A stretch of DNA of 49,210 bases from the NCBI RefSeq assembly GCF_004010195.1, contig NC_057719.1:80403486-80452695 (forward strand). The letters run 5' to 3'. A model generated the notes under the pieces. That model was not told the DNA's origin. It searched no databases and saw only the letters and a program-made list of their open reading frames with translations. Numbering within the stretch: the stretch's first letter is position 1; every line of letters begins with the position of its first letter. A program made the position numbers and the translations under genes. This stretch comes from Chiloscyllium plagiosum (lineage: Eukaryota). Shown here piece after piece: positions 35,236 through 47,989 of this stretch.

Positions 35236-37199
35236 CACAATTTGGGAATGAATAATTGCAAAAACCTTACTGCTTAGAAGGTTGTTAACAGTATCATTGT
35301 TGTCTTTTGTATCTGCTCTTAAGGAGTAAATAGGGCCCAAATAGAGGGAACTGTTAAGATCCTGCTCACCCAGGAACTAGAGGATGGATGTAGGAATTGA
35401 CCTGGGGTCCTGAATTAGCAGAATGAGTGGTCAGTGAGCAGTCTTGGGTTAAAAGTATTTAACAGAAAAGGGAAGAAAAAAAAGACAGAACAACCAGCTA
35501 ACCCAAAAATCAGAATGAATGATAGTCATTGCTTATTGTCCAGGAAATTTGGACAGAGGTATATGCGCCAGCAGTACTGGGGAAGGCACAGTGCTGACTT
35601 GTTAAAAATAATGACAGTAGCACAGATAAGTGTCGGGAGCTGAAGAACTGGAAAGGAAGTTGCTCGACAGTCAGAACTGCAGAAACTTCCAAATATTGTA
35701 GCAGGTCCAAAGACGGGACACACATTGCAGTTTGAAAGCAATGACAGAAAAATGTGGCATAATGTTTGAACACAGCAGGATAGAGTCCTGGAGTGCACAA
35801 GTCACCATGACACAGAGGGAGCTCATTAGGTCCAGTGCGTGCGTGCCTACTGTTTACAGTGTAACCCAGTCAGTCCTTTTATCCTACATAGGACAGGAAC
35901 ATTCATATCTTCCAAGACAAATGATCCCATCGTCCCTGAATTCCTGAGTTGTGCTCATCAGAATTGAGTTGTACAAGACGCTACTACCCTCTATCTAGTT
36001 AGAACTGGAGCCAGAATTAGGTTTATTGCCAAGTATACTCAAGGTACAAAAGAACTGGAGTGCAGTGAAAAGTGTACAATGTCACTAACACACGGCACCA
36101 TCTTAGGTACAAAAAAACAGAAAAAAGTTACACTTTATTACAGATATCCTACTATAAGTTAGGAAAATAAGAAATAAAGCTAAAATATAAATAATACAAT
36201 GTTTCTATAAGGACCTGAATGGGAAATAAGAATCTTTATGGAGTTAGTAATACATACACACACTTTTCCTTAGGCTTTTGAATCTGAAAGAGAGAATCTG
36301 ATGATCGGAATAGATTGTGAGGCGCATCTTCTGTGCATATGGCATGAAATCTGAAGTCTACCTGATGTTCGAGCCCCTCCTCCCAGAGCTCAGCACAATG
36401 TATCGTACAAAGGCTAGGTCACATCAGCAGCAATTGACTTGAGACTTCCAGCACCTCATAAACATGCTGTTCTGACCTGTCTGACCTCAGCCTTACATTA
36501 TCCTCCTCAGGCAAACAGCAGAGGGTGTGTTGGCAGCTCCTTCCTTTGATGCAGGAAGTCACAGCAATGTTCAATCTAATTGGATTGATGACATGGCCGT
36601 GCCAACCTTGACTTTCTTTTAGCCAATTAAAAGGACAGTTTCTTCTCTTCAAGGTTACTCCCATGGCCAAGATGGACAGCCATAAAAAAGGAGCCAAAAG
36701 AATAAAGTAAAAGGTTTGAAAGATTTCACGGCAATGTTCAAATGGAGAGGGTGAAAGATATCTGACCAGGAGCCCTCACAGTTTCTTGCCTCCCTGAACC
36801 TGTTACAGCCTTGCTCCTGTTCAATAAGTTTAAAGGTTGAGGTAAATTGAGTTCAGTTCTGTATTGAGAAAATCATCTTTCAGATGAAGGGCAGACATAG
36901 CTCAGTAGTGGGTGAGCATGAAGAGGCAATAGAGTAGTCTATGACCCACCAGCTCCAAACCCACCCATCGAAAGTTGGCGCATAATACATGAGGCATCCT
37001 ACTGATGGTCACCCACTAAGCAGCTGGCTAACAGCATTTGGAGGTGGTGGACAGTGTGCCCAACCCATTAGTGTGATATCGGAGAACAGAGGGGCAGGCC
37101 ATGATGGATGAGATGTTGACTCTGGGTTCTGACTGCACTCCATTACCTTGGCTCTGATTTCCAGGGTCCAATGCCAGGGTATGAGGAGCTTGCAATCAC

Positions 37200-37945
37200 A
37201 CTCAGACCCTACAGGCTTCTAGGAAATTGGGGAAGGCCAAATGGGCCTTACAGCCATGGATGACCAATTGCTGACACCAGTGGGAGGTAGTGGGGGGGAT
37301 AGGGCCATATGGATCAGGGCACTCTTTACAACCACAGTCTTTTCTCTGCCCATCTGCCATTGGCACAGACTCTGGCTGGTGCATAATGTAGTGCCCACCT
37401 GATCTATCCAGGTTTTGGAATGTCACTTCCAGTAGATCAGTGGTCTGCTCAGTGACGGACCTGATCATGTCATGCCTTTCCTTATAATGACACTTAAGGT
37501 GTGTCCTTGGACCTGCTCCTTGAACCATCTGCTATTTTTATAGATAGTGCCCATTATTGGCCCTACGCAAACATCCGCCCAAAGCATCCATGTCTGTAAA
37601 CATCCCTGGCACCCAGGGTGTCTGAGGGTGTATATGTTATAGCTGCTTCCTGGATAACTTATACAATTCGTTGATTGAGGTTGCTCACTCTCGGCATGTT
37701 TATGGCATGATATCTCCTGCCATTGATACCCTGGCTGAGTTGCTGGTGTTTTGATGGCTACATGGGGATAATCAATGACAGCTGGCAGCCAAGGGATTAG
37801 GGCTACAGCTGTTACAACTGTTATTCTTTGCTGTAAAGGAAATGGATTGATGTGCATTTCTGAACAAAGTATCATTGAAGACCTTCATGTGGGGATGTGC
37901 TGCAGGTTAGCCAATCCCACTGCAATCTCCACTGGTGGTCTGTTA
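37200..37945 (-). pseudogene. Decayed PIF/Harbinger DDE transposase (HARBI1-like)
   Basis: In order across frames: QTTSGDCSGIG*PAAH..DTLFRNAHQSISF, VIDYPHVAIKTP, YPGSSYNIYTLR, YKERHDMIRSVTEQTTDLLEVTFQNLDRSGG; compare the Harbinger pattern GD..GISQ, IDGTHV.I..P, PGS.HD..ILR, YN..H...R..IE...G.LK.RFRCLDRSGG. Confidence 0.85.
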
Positions 37946-38699
37946 AAGAAGCTCAAAGTAACTGTCACTTTTAAAATTTGAAGTTTGTCAGCATTGGGAC
38001 ATGACTGACTCTTATGGAAGGTGAAGTCTTCAGAGATGTTATCACTCTCTCATCTTCTGTTTCAACATTTTAAGTTCAGATGGGAATATAAATGCTCCAT
38101 GACTCTATGACTGTATGACTCTACACAGCTCTTGCCTACATCTGCTGCTGCCTTCCCCACACAGACACTCCCTTCCTACATTTCAGCTTGCTCCGGGCCC
38201 TGGCCAGTTGACGTCCTCCTGCTGCCTTTCCTGCTCCCTCTCCTCTCCTCCTGCTGAACGTTTAATGCCTGTAAGGGACACTGTTTCACTCCACAGACTA
38301 ATGCTGGGATATTTGCACTGGTTTCAGATGACTCCCTGGCATAACAGACCTGAAGCTGATCAGAGATTAATGAACAGCAACGTTTGCACAAATAATGATC
38401 TCAGTATCGGGTGAGGTGATGAAAAATACTGAGATGTATTGTCATAGGTAGGGTGCGAGACTTGGCAGGGAGACGGGTGATTATGAACATGTGAACAAAC
38501 TTGTTCACAGCATTATTTGAGAGAAGATGTAAGATTTCATGCCTACCAGGAGACAGTTCTCTTTAACAGCCTTGCGGCAGAGATGAAGTCCTTGTCTGTG
38601 GACAGTTGATATTCACTGGCAGTGAGACACACCCATCTTTAACAATTCCTCTCCTGAACCCAATCAAAGTCAAACAGTAGACTCAGTAATCTTTCCTTC

Positions 38700-38960
38700 A
38701 TTCCAGCCTCGGGCAACTGCCTGTGTGGAGTTTGCACATTCTCTTCATGTCTGCGTGAGTTTCCTCCTGCAGTCCAAAGGTTAGGTGGATTAGCCATGCT
38801 ACATTATCCATAGTTCCCAGGGATGGGTAGGTTAACCATGGGAAATGCAGGGTTACAGGTACAGGGTAGGGAGATGAGTCTGGATGGGATGCTCTTCGGA
38901 GAGTCAGTGTGGATTCAATGAGTCAAATGGCCTCTTCCACAATGTAGGGATTCTGTGATT
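38700..38960 (+). mobile_element. 5'-truncated HE1-type V-SINE
   Basis: ctgtgtggagtttgcacattctc...gtagggattctgtgattc. Confidence 0.85.
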
Positions 38961-39279
38961 CCCACTAATGTCAGTGATAACACCACCTCCAGCCCTTTCA
39001 TCAATTCTTGAAAATAAAAATGTGAATCCTATTGACCTCGTTTCCTATACACCCATGTCATTACTACATGGCGATGTTTTATTGTGTCATCTGGACTCTT
39101 AAGTACCATAAGTGGTGTTTATGTTCTACTTATAAAACGATAGACAGAATGCCAACTGCACAGCCTGTCCACATGTTGTAATGATAGTGGGTCAGTGTGA
39201 CTAAGTATGGTAATGTCCAAAACAATATTTTAACTACCGTGGGACTGTGACAGTCCTGCTCTGGAGAGATAACATTCAG

Positions 39280-39545
39280 CCAAAGAAGTTAAATTAAAGC
39301 CACATCTTCCCTCCCAGATAGATGCAAATATCCCAGCATTAGTTCAAAGCAGAGAAGGGGAATTCCCCACAGGTGCCCTGGCCAATATTTATCTCTCAAA
39401 GAACGCCTGAAGACAGACGGTCATTAAAGCTCCTGCATTTCCTACTTTACAAAGTGGCACGACACTTCAACATTAATTTCTTGGCTGTAAAAGTATTTTG
39501 AGAAATCTTCAGTCCCGAGCAAGTGAAGCCGAAATAGAAGCATCT
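39280..39545 (+). mobile_element. DeuSINE fragment
   Basis: ggtgccctggccaatatttatctctcaa...gcatttcctactttacaa...ttggctgtaaaag. Confidence 0.7.
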
Positions 39546-39719
39546 TTCCACTGACAACTGACAACTTGGAACTGAGAGAACTGCAATAACGATTGTTATA
39601 TTTATCGATTGCTGTGGGCAAAATCTTTCACTCAGCAGGGTTTCCTGCCCCACCATCTGAAGAGGCAATAGGCAATGTATACCCATCAATCACATTAATT
39701 CTCCATCCTTCACTCTGTC

Positions 39720-40330
39720 AGTGACCATCCCTCCCACCCAACCTCAGAGTGCTGCTGACCAACCCTGTATACTAGAAATACTAAAATACAATGCAGAAGT
39801 CATATGCTTGACCACATCTCCCTCATCTGGAAGGAAGAGCATTCCAGGGGACATCTGAGATGCTGTAATTTTGAATGTCTTCAAGAAAAGTCACTACGGA
39901 GGGGTCACCACAGGGAAGGTCATTGCCAACATCACCTTCATTCACCTCCTCCCATCGTCTGAAGAACTCCTACTGGAGTCACAATGCAATTGCGTCCATC
40001 CATAGTTACTTTGGACTGACTGTCGCTGCTTGATAAGTCCAAGGAAAGTACAGAGAGCAATGTAACCTCGATACACGGCCTCTTTCACTCTCACTAGGAC
40101 CTTCGATTCTGTCAACTGTCAGGGATTATGGAGCATCCTCCTCAAATTCATTGCTATCTCTGCCTGCTGCACAACAATGTGCAATCTGTGATCCATGCCA
40201 ACGGAGATCCAATAGGTGTGTGATAGTCAAGCAAGATTCTACCATTCCACCAAAACTCTCTTTCATAGTCCTTGGTGCAATACTCCACCCTATACCAACG
40301 AAGCTTGCTGCAGAAGTGGAGCTAATCTAC
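39720..40330 (+). mobile_element. Decayed RTE-clade LINE RT fragment
   Basis: GKVIANI..HLLPSSEELLLESQC, VQGKYREQ, LTRTFDSVNCQGLWSILLKF resemble the RTE pattern L..LPESQCGFR..QEKCREQ..DLTKAFDTV.R..LW.IL.KFG. Confidence 0.8.
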
Positions 40331-40599
40331 AGCACAAGTGGGAAACTGTTCAACTTGCATGTCCTGCAGTCCTGAACCAAGGCCATGCCAAGTTGTGCTG
40401 TCAATATGTAGTATGGTAGCACTTGAATATGTGCACATTCAGAGGCTGAGTTCCAAATTGTTGTAGACACATTCCCAAAGTCATAGAAGAGAATGGACCT
40501 TGGTCTCCAGGGCAACTGTGTTACCAGGCCAATGATGTGCCACCCCCATACCTTTAGCAGGTCTTCTTCCTTTCCCTCCCACTCTATCTAAGTATAGTC

Positions 40600-41553
40600 C
40601 CAGGCTGTACAGGTGGGGTAGAGAGAGCTTGCCCTATGCTTGCGCCTGGTGCCTGGTCTTGGCACTTTGACCAGGCATCCCTGGGCAAGCTGGACAGCCC
40701 AGTGTCTCCCACCTAGAGGGAGATTCACCCTCCTCGATTTGAACTGCCCTAGTGTCAGGGACTGCAGGCAGGTTGGGGATGGAGGGGTCAACTGCTGGCA
40801 CTGCTGAGGGGAGACCTCAGAGTGGGGGAGCCGGCCTGTGTACGGTCTGTCCTCTGGCACGGTGCCTCTTGGCACCACCCTGTCACCTTGGAAGCAAGGG
40901 GCACCTGGAGTGAGCTCAAGACCCTTGATCCTCCTTGGCATTGGTGCTGAGTTTCAGTGACTAGAGCAACAGAGCACAGGTCCGTGTGTCTATCCAGCAG
41001 GGTCTGAGAGTGCCAGACGTGTATCTCCATGGCGTGGAGATAGCCAGACAGTCACATGTCAGAGTCAGCATGGCACAGATAGCATTGGTTGACTCCTTCA
41101 ATCTTTGTGTCAGTTTATGCAGTGCCTCTAACAAACCTACCTGCTACCCCTGGGTGTTTGCATGAGGTTATTAACTTCAATGAGGTCCTCTTCTGCCTGG
41201 GGGCTGAGCAGGCACCCTTGTCTGAGTGCCAGCGAGTTGGGCAATACTTCCAAAATCAGCTAACGTAGCTTCCGGGGTGTCAGTGTCTGAGTTGGTGGAG
41301 GCTGGGGGATCCAGCCTTGCCAGGCCATCCTCCGAGGGATCTTTGGCCATTCTCTCCAAGGTGATGATGTCAGGCCAGCGATCAGGCAGATGCCACTTGA
41401 CAGTGAATCTTTACTTGGTTGTCAGGACCCAGAGCTTTCTGCATCCCTACATGAGCTGTCACAGCCCTGTTCCGCTAAAACAAGAAGCCTCTCCTTTTAG
41501 GAATCTTCACCAACCATCTTGGCTCTCTCTGTTCGAATGAGGAATGTGTTCTC
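40600..41553 (-). pseudogene. Probable Harbinger second ORF (Myb/SANT-like protein) remnant
   Basis: After a cctctgtctcattccAG acceptor: ENTFLIRTERAKMVGE..ERLLVLAEQGCDSSCRDAE (compare the ER.KTGGG motif following Myb/SANT-like domains), then an S/T/P-rich tract and a coiled-coil-like segment; the Myb domain itself is not visible. Confidence 0.5.
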
Positions 41554-42077
41554 CTGGAATGAGACAGAGGGAGGGATTGAGTGAGGTGAGGGAGCTGGCA
41601 TGGTTGCCATGGGTGTCCAGGTGGAAGATAATCAGTGAGTTGGCAGGGCAGAGGACATGCAAGGTGCATGGGCATTGGGATGGGTGAAGGCAATGGAAGG
41701 AAGATGATGCATGTAACAATGGTAACTCAGCAGACTTGTTGGGAGGTCGCTACAGTGGCAGAAATAGATCAAGTGTGAGGTTGTTGGAGAGATGATGATA
41801 TTGGGGAATCCCAGAAAGCCTCATACTTACCACCTTAGAGGTTTGGTACATGTATCAAAGTGAGCAGTGTGAAATTGCATGAGAACTCTCACTAGAGCAC
41901 ACAGAGAGAAACTCCCCAATGCTGTCACTTTGCTGTTTATGATAAAATTGAGACCACTGTTTCCATTGATCAGAGAAGGTGAAAGGTTACTGATTTAGGA
42001 CAATCACACAAGTCTTTACCCAGAGGTTTGGAAATTATGAATTTCCTGCAATATACCAGCCACTAATTGAAAAGGGA

Positions 42078-42490
42078 ACAGAATACCTAGGGTGTGGAGA
42101 CAGGCCATTCGGCCCATTGAGTCCACACTAACCCACTGAAGAATAACCCACTTTATAGCCCTGCATACAACATGGCTAACCCACACATCCCTGGATACTA
42201 TGGGCAATTTAGCATGGCCAATTCACCTAACCTGCAAAGAACATCCCACTCTGTAGCCTTGCATATCTTATGGCTAACCTACCAAGCCTGCACATCCCTG
42301 AATACTATGGGTGATTTAGCAGGGCCAATGTACCTAACATGTACACCTTTGGACTGTGGGAGGAAACCGGAGGACACTCACGCAGACACAGGGAGAATGT
42401 GCAAACTGTAAACAGTCACCTGAGGGTGAAATTGAACCCGAGTCCCTGGCGCTGTGAGGCAGCAGTGCTAACCACTGAGTCACCGTGTCA
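42078..42490 (-). mobile_element. HE1-type V-SINE with an internally duplicated segment
   Basis: Reverse head and V-domain; the catggctaacc...cacatccctg..tactatggg..atttagca block occurs twice. Confidence 0.85.
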
Positions 42491-43424
42491 CACCATAACA
42501 GTCGCTCAATAGGAGAAATGTTTCCAGGAAGTGAGTTGGGTACTGGGTATCTCACGGGGAATGGTTTGACCTGTCTCTTTCTGTTCTGTCACGTTCCAAA
42601 AACATGTGCTGTGAAATTTTCTGTAATTATTTTGTTTTATGTGGCTAATACTATGGTAATGAAGCTATTCTGGTAGTTTTCATTTGTGTTTAAATGTCAC
42701 AGTGCACTTGAAGGAAAATATATAAAATTGGTGAGCTCAGTGAGACTATCTTTCCTCTGTGCACTAAGAGTTAACTCAATATTTAATGGTTCATCCTTGA
42801 GAGATAAAAATCTAAATTTAACAGCCAAAATCATGCCAATGCAAGTAAAATGAGGGGAACTGCTTACTTGCAGCTCGCTGAAGACATCTGTTAGGAAATT
42901 TTTTTTCTGTAAAATAATTTTGAGAAGGCTTCATAAATAATATCTTTAGAAGAAATGAATCACTTAAACAATCAGGGAGGACTAATTTCTGTATATCTTT
43001 GGGCAATTCTAAAGGGCAGCAGAAACACATTTTTTTTATTGTCTTGAATAGTATAATCACTGGATGATTGGGAATCACTATGAGGCATTGTCAACTTTGC
43101 TTTCTCTCTACAGATGCTGCCAGACCTGCTGAGTTTTTCCAGCAGTTCTTGTTTCTGTTTCTGAATTCCAGTATCTGCAGTTTTTTTTGTGCCTTTTTTA
43201 ATTTATTACATTATATCTGGTTATCTTCCTGCTTCATTTTATTTGATATTTTCCATCCCCAACGATGTTACTTGGGTCTCCCTCATTGTCATTAACTCCA
43301 ACCTCCTGTCTAATACTTATGGTGTCAAACCAACACTGAGTGGGTTAGTTGAGGAAGTATGTAAACTTACATCAGGTAGTAATCCCACCACAGTCGGAAA
43401 AGCAGTGAAGGTTAATTTAAAAGT

Positions 43425-43765
43425 AAGGTTTCATTTGTATAGCACCCATCACATCCACAGGATGTCCGATAGTGCTTTGCAACCAACATGCTTGTTTTGA
43501 AATGTAGGAAAAGTGGAAGTCAGTTTGATGAGTGGCACAGTGGCTCAGTAGTTAGCACTGCTGCCTCACAGTGACAGGGGCCCAGGTTTGATTCCACCCT
43601 TGAGTGACTATGTGGAGTTTGTACATTGTCCCCATGTTTGTGTGGGTTTCCTCCCACAGTTCAAAAATGTGTGGGCTAAGTGAATCATAGGAATTGGGTC
43701 TGGATGGGATGCTCTTTGGAGGGTTGATGTGGGCTGAATGACCTCCTTTAGCACTGTAAGGGTTC
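43425..43765. mobile_element. DeuSINE tail (-, 43425-43528) abutting an HE1 SINE (+, 43530-43765)
   Basis: catttgtatagcac...caggatgtcc...gctttgcaacc...aatgtaggaaa followed by gtggcacagtggctcagtagttagcactgctgcc. Confidence 0.75.
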
Positions 43766-44254
43766 GATGTTTCAATTTGTGCACAGTGAGCTCTCGCAAA
43801 CTGCAATGGGATCTTAACCTGATAGGTATAACTGGAGGTCCTTGATGGATAATATCAGTCAAGATATACACAATAAATTTCTAGAATTGGTCTTCATCGC
43901 TTCCTGAGGTCATGCAGAGGTCACAGTCAATTATTCATGGATAGTACAAAAGGAACTCAAGAACCAGACTGGGATCCTTAAGATGATGCCATAGCCAAAA
44001 TGATTCAAAATAATTTTGATGAATGCTATTTGACAGATGCTGAAGAGAGTTAACTTGAATTAGATTTTTTTTCACGTTTATAAATAGTGGCCACCTATAC
44101 CAACACCAGCAGCTCACATTTTATACCTGGTGCTCCCTCCGCTGCATTTTTGACACTTCAGAGGTCAATTGCTATTCCGCAATCAATGGTAATTTAAGTG
44201 TAGTGTCTGCTATAAAGTTGAAAACCCAACAGGCTCATTTCTACACAGCTAACC

Positions 44255-45600
44255 ATGTTGACCAGATAATCTGTTTTCTGTGGTGTTAGTTGAGGGATAA
44301 ATATTGGCCAGGGCAAAAGGGATGGCCTTCCACCTCGTCTGTGAAATAGTGCCATTGGATCTTTCATTTCTACCGAAACAGGAAGATGGATCTCTGATTA
44401 CCATCTCACTGAAAAGAAAGCACTCCTGCAGTACTGTACAACACTACAGCGCAGTACAGGCCCTTCGGTCCTCGATGTTGCGCCGATCTGTGGAACCAAT
44501 CCGAAGCCCATCTATCCTTCACGATTCCATTCTCGTCCATATGCCTATCCAATGACCATTTAAATGCCCTTAAAGTTAGCGAGGCTACTACTATTGCAGG
44601 CAGTGCATTCCATGCCCCTACTACTCTCCGAGTAAAGAAACTACCTCTGACATCTGTCCTATATCTACCACCCCTCAATTTAAAGCTATGTCCCCTCATG
44701 CTAGCCATTGCCATCTGAGGAAAAAGGTCTTCACTGTCCACCTTATCTAACCTTCTGATTACCTTGTATGTCTCAATTAAGTCACCTCTCAACCTTCTCC
44801 CTAACGAAAACATCCTCCAGTCCCTCAGCCTTTCTTCATAAGAACTACCCTCCTTACCAGGCAACACCCTGGTAAATCTCCTCTGAACCCTTTCCAAAAC
44901 TTCTACATCCTTCCTATAATGCAGTGACCAGAACTGCGTGCAATACCTCAAGTGTGGCCACACCAGAGTTTTGTACATATACAACATGACCCCATGGCTC
45001 TGAAACTCAATCCCATGCTACCAATAAACGCTAACACACTGTATGCCTTATTAACAACCCTATCAACCTGGGTGGCAGCTTTCAGGGATCTATGTACAGG
45101 GGCACCGAGATCTCTCTGCTCATCTACAATTCCAAAACTCTTACCATTAGCCCAGTACTCTTTATTCCTGTTGCTCCTTCCAATCTGAATCAACTCACAT
45201 TTTTCCGCATTAAACTCCATTTGCCACCTCTCAGCCCAGCTCTGCAGCTTATCTATGCCTCTCTGTAACCTACAACATCCTTCAGCACTATCCACAACTC
45301 CTCCGACCTTAATGTCATCCTCAAATTTACTAACCCATCCTTCTACGTCCTCATCCAGGTCATTTATAAAAATGACAAACAGCAGTGGCCCCAAAACAGA
45401 TTCTTGCGGTACACCACTAGTAACTGAACTCCAGGATGAACGTTTCCCATCAACCACCTCTCTGTCTTCTTTCAGCTAGCCAATGTCTGATCCAATTTCT
45501 AACCTTGACTTTTTTGAGTTCAAGCCATGGAATGGGACTTGTACTTGCAACATTGTGACTCTGAGGCAGAACTGCTAGCAACTGAGCCATAGCTAGCAAC
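44255..45600 (-). mobile_element. DeuSINE split by a 1.05-kb CR1 LINE (44440-45495, -)
   Basis: Deu-domain at 44255-44435 and head at 45500-45600; CR1 ORFs SGVPQESVLGPLLF..SKFEDD and YKTLVWPHLRYCTQFW..LERVQRRFTR. Confidence 0.85.
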
Positions 45601-46345
45601 TTATAGTCATAAAGTCGTAGAGTCATATGGCACAGAAACAGACCCTTCGGTCCAACCAGACAATGCCAAACAATTTGAAAGGTTTCATTTATGTAGCATC
45701 TGTCATATCCACAGGATGTCCCAAAATTCTTTGCAACCAATGAACTTGTTTGGAAATGTAGCCATTGATGCAATGTAGGAAAAGTGGAAGTCAATTTGAC
45801 GGGTGGCTCAGTGGTTAGCACTGCTGCCTCACAGTGCCAGGGGCCTGGGCTTGATTCCACTCTTGAGTGGCTTTTAAACTAGTCCCACCTGCCTGCTCCT
45901 GGTCCATATCCCTCCAAACCTTTCCCATGCATGTATCTATCCAAATATCTTTTAAACATTTTAATTGTACCCACATCTGCCACTTCCTCAAAAAGCTCAT
46001 TCCACTCTCTGTGTAAAACATTTGCCCGTCATGTATTTTTTTTAAAACTCTCTCCTCTCACCTTAAAAATGTGCCCTCTAGTTTTGAAATCCTCCATCCT
46101 CGGAAAACGACAATTGCCATCAACACTGTCCACACACCTCATTATTTCATAAATTGCTACAAAGTCACCTCTCAACCTCCTATGTTCCAGTGAAAAATGT
46201 CCCAGCCTATAGAGCCTTTTATTATAACTCAAATCTTCCATACCTGGCAACATCCTGGTAAATCTCTTCTGAACCCACTCCAGTTTAATACTATCCTTCC
46301 TGGAACCGGGCGACCAGAACTGGACACAGTATTCCAGAAGAGGCC
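45601..46345 (-). mobile_element. CR1/HER1 LINE 3' fragment with a 200-bp foreign segment at 45672-45872
   Basis: RPLLEYCVQFWSP..KLEWVQKRFTRMLPG on the minus strand; the 3' UTR resumes on both sides of the insert. Confidence 0.85.
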
Positions 46346-47077
46346 TCAGGTAGCCAGCCCTGAGATGCCAGCGGACAATTTCCCCCAGGAGCTGCTCCTG
46401 CTTCCTCAAAGAGGAACACTGGCCGTATTGAGTTGTACAGGGTTCGTGTCCATTAATCTGCTTGCACTGGGTAGGTCCTGGAGGTGAAATTACAGTGTAT
46501 GAGGCCGATGCACTACCTGTTAACCAAGCAACTGGTCCCTGTTTGTGAAAAATAGAGGGAGTGCAGCTCACATGCATGAAATGTTTCTATAAATAAATCT
46601 GATAGGAAAGCTCATGAGTTCCTAGATTCTAATCAGTCCGTCAACTGCTTCGAAAATTCTCGGGTGAAAATTAATTGTTGTTTTCCATCTCTATCAATTC
46701 AGCCTTTTTTTTGAGATTGCTGCAACTGGTTTCACAAAAACTCTGAGATTTGTTTTTTCAATTGCAAGCGATGCCTTAATAGCTGCTTTTTGACATTTTG
46801 ATTGTAAATTTTGACGCAAATCTACAGTCTGTTGTAAAAAAACAGCGACAGCCTCATGTAACACACTCATGCAGTGTAGAAAGCTAGACATTAGTTCATC
46901 ATTTGTGGAAAAATATAGCTCTGTCACGTCAAAGAAACGAACAGAGCTGTTACAATACACAGACTGGGAAGGATCTTGTGGTTCCAGACTGTAGAACTTG
47001 TTAAAATTGGTGACTTCAACCACAAGCCATTCTATTCCCCCAATTACCTCTCTAATGGAGCTGCTCATTAGCGAGAA

Positions 47078-47222
47078 ATTAGATTAGGTTAGATTCCCTA
47101 CAGTGTGGAAACAGGCCCTTTGGCCTAACCAGTCCACACCGACCTTCTGAAGAATAACCCACCCAGACCCATTTCCCTCTGACTAATGCACCTAACACTG
47201 TGGGCGATTTAGCATGACCAAA
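47078..47222 (-). mobile_element. HE1 SINE 3' half
   Basis: ttagattccctacagtgtggaaacaggccc...cccacccagacccatttccctctgactaatgcacc. Confidence 0.85.
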
Positions 47223-47790
47223 CACAAGAGTTAATTTGAGCTATTTAAACAAATAACGTTGATGAAACGCGCTGCTTGGTCAGTATCTCCAGATGTCAGA
47301 GTCTAGAATGTAGGCTTTTCCAAGAGCTATTTACACAACGTGTGCTTGAAGGGGGGTGGGTGGGACAGTAGGCAAAACTTACCCTTGCAATATCAGAGCT
47401 GAGAAGCAGCATTGTTTCTGGGAGTAGGTTAGATCAGAGCTGATCTGTATTCCCCACGCCCAGTGACTTGTCTTTGGTCGCTCTCCCTTGAGGTTTACCA
47501 ACTCTGACAGGACGTACCCCTAGAGGTTCCATCATCTCCCACCTTCAGTCATTGCTCCCTGTCAGCTTTTATTCTCTCTCCTTTCCCCGGTATTGTTCTG
47601 GCTAGTCAGTAATCTAAGCAATTCGAGACAGCATTTGACCTTTCGCTTAAGGTTGCAAGCGCCAGTTCCCCGGTCAAGAGTTCAACTCTCGAAGATGCGG
47701 AGGGCTAGAAACTTAATCCCTGGATACCTTTACCAAGAGAAAAAAAAAGTACTTTTTGTCAATCTTCGTCTCTAATTGGCCCAACATCTA

Positions 47791-47989
47791 CAGGTCGTTC
47801 TGCTATAATGCATGTTCCGCCAGCGCAAATTGGCTCTAACATGATTGACGGCCTGTGGACATTGTTTGGATAACGCAATCTTTCTACTGAACGGGTATAG
47901 CGATCTTCCTCAGAGGGGTTTTCCCACAATGTGATTTTTCTATCACACGAGGTTGCAGAGGAACACCACTGTTAGAGCACAATGACCTG
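47791..47989. mobile_element. 199-bp MITE, Tc1/mariner superfamily (pogo/Tigger-like)
   Basis: TA-CAGGTCGTTCTGCTATAAT ... GTTAGAGCACAATGACCTG-TA: 19-bp TIRs matching at 15/19, TA on both sides. Confidence 0.8.

Noticed and set aside
35510..35800. Overlapping 90-96 aa ORFs in unique sequence
   Set aside because: No recognisable domain and no consistent acceptor/donor pair in an open frame
36010..36230. Possible 3' end of another LINE clade on the minus strand
   Set aside because: Has a ttttcactg...gcaataaa-type ending but no coding remnant to assign a family
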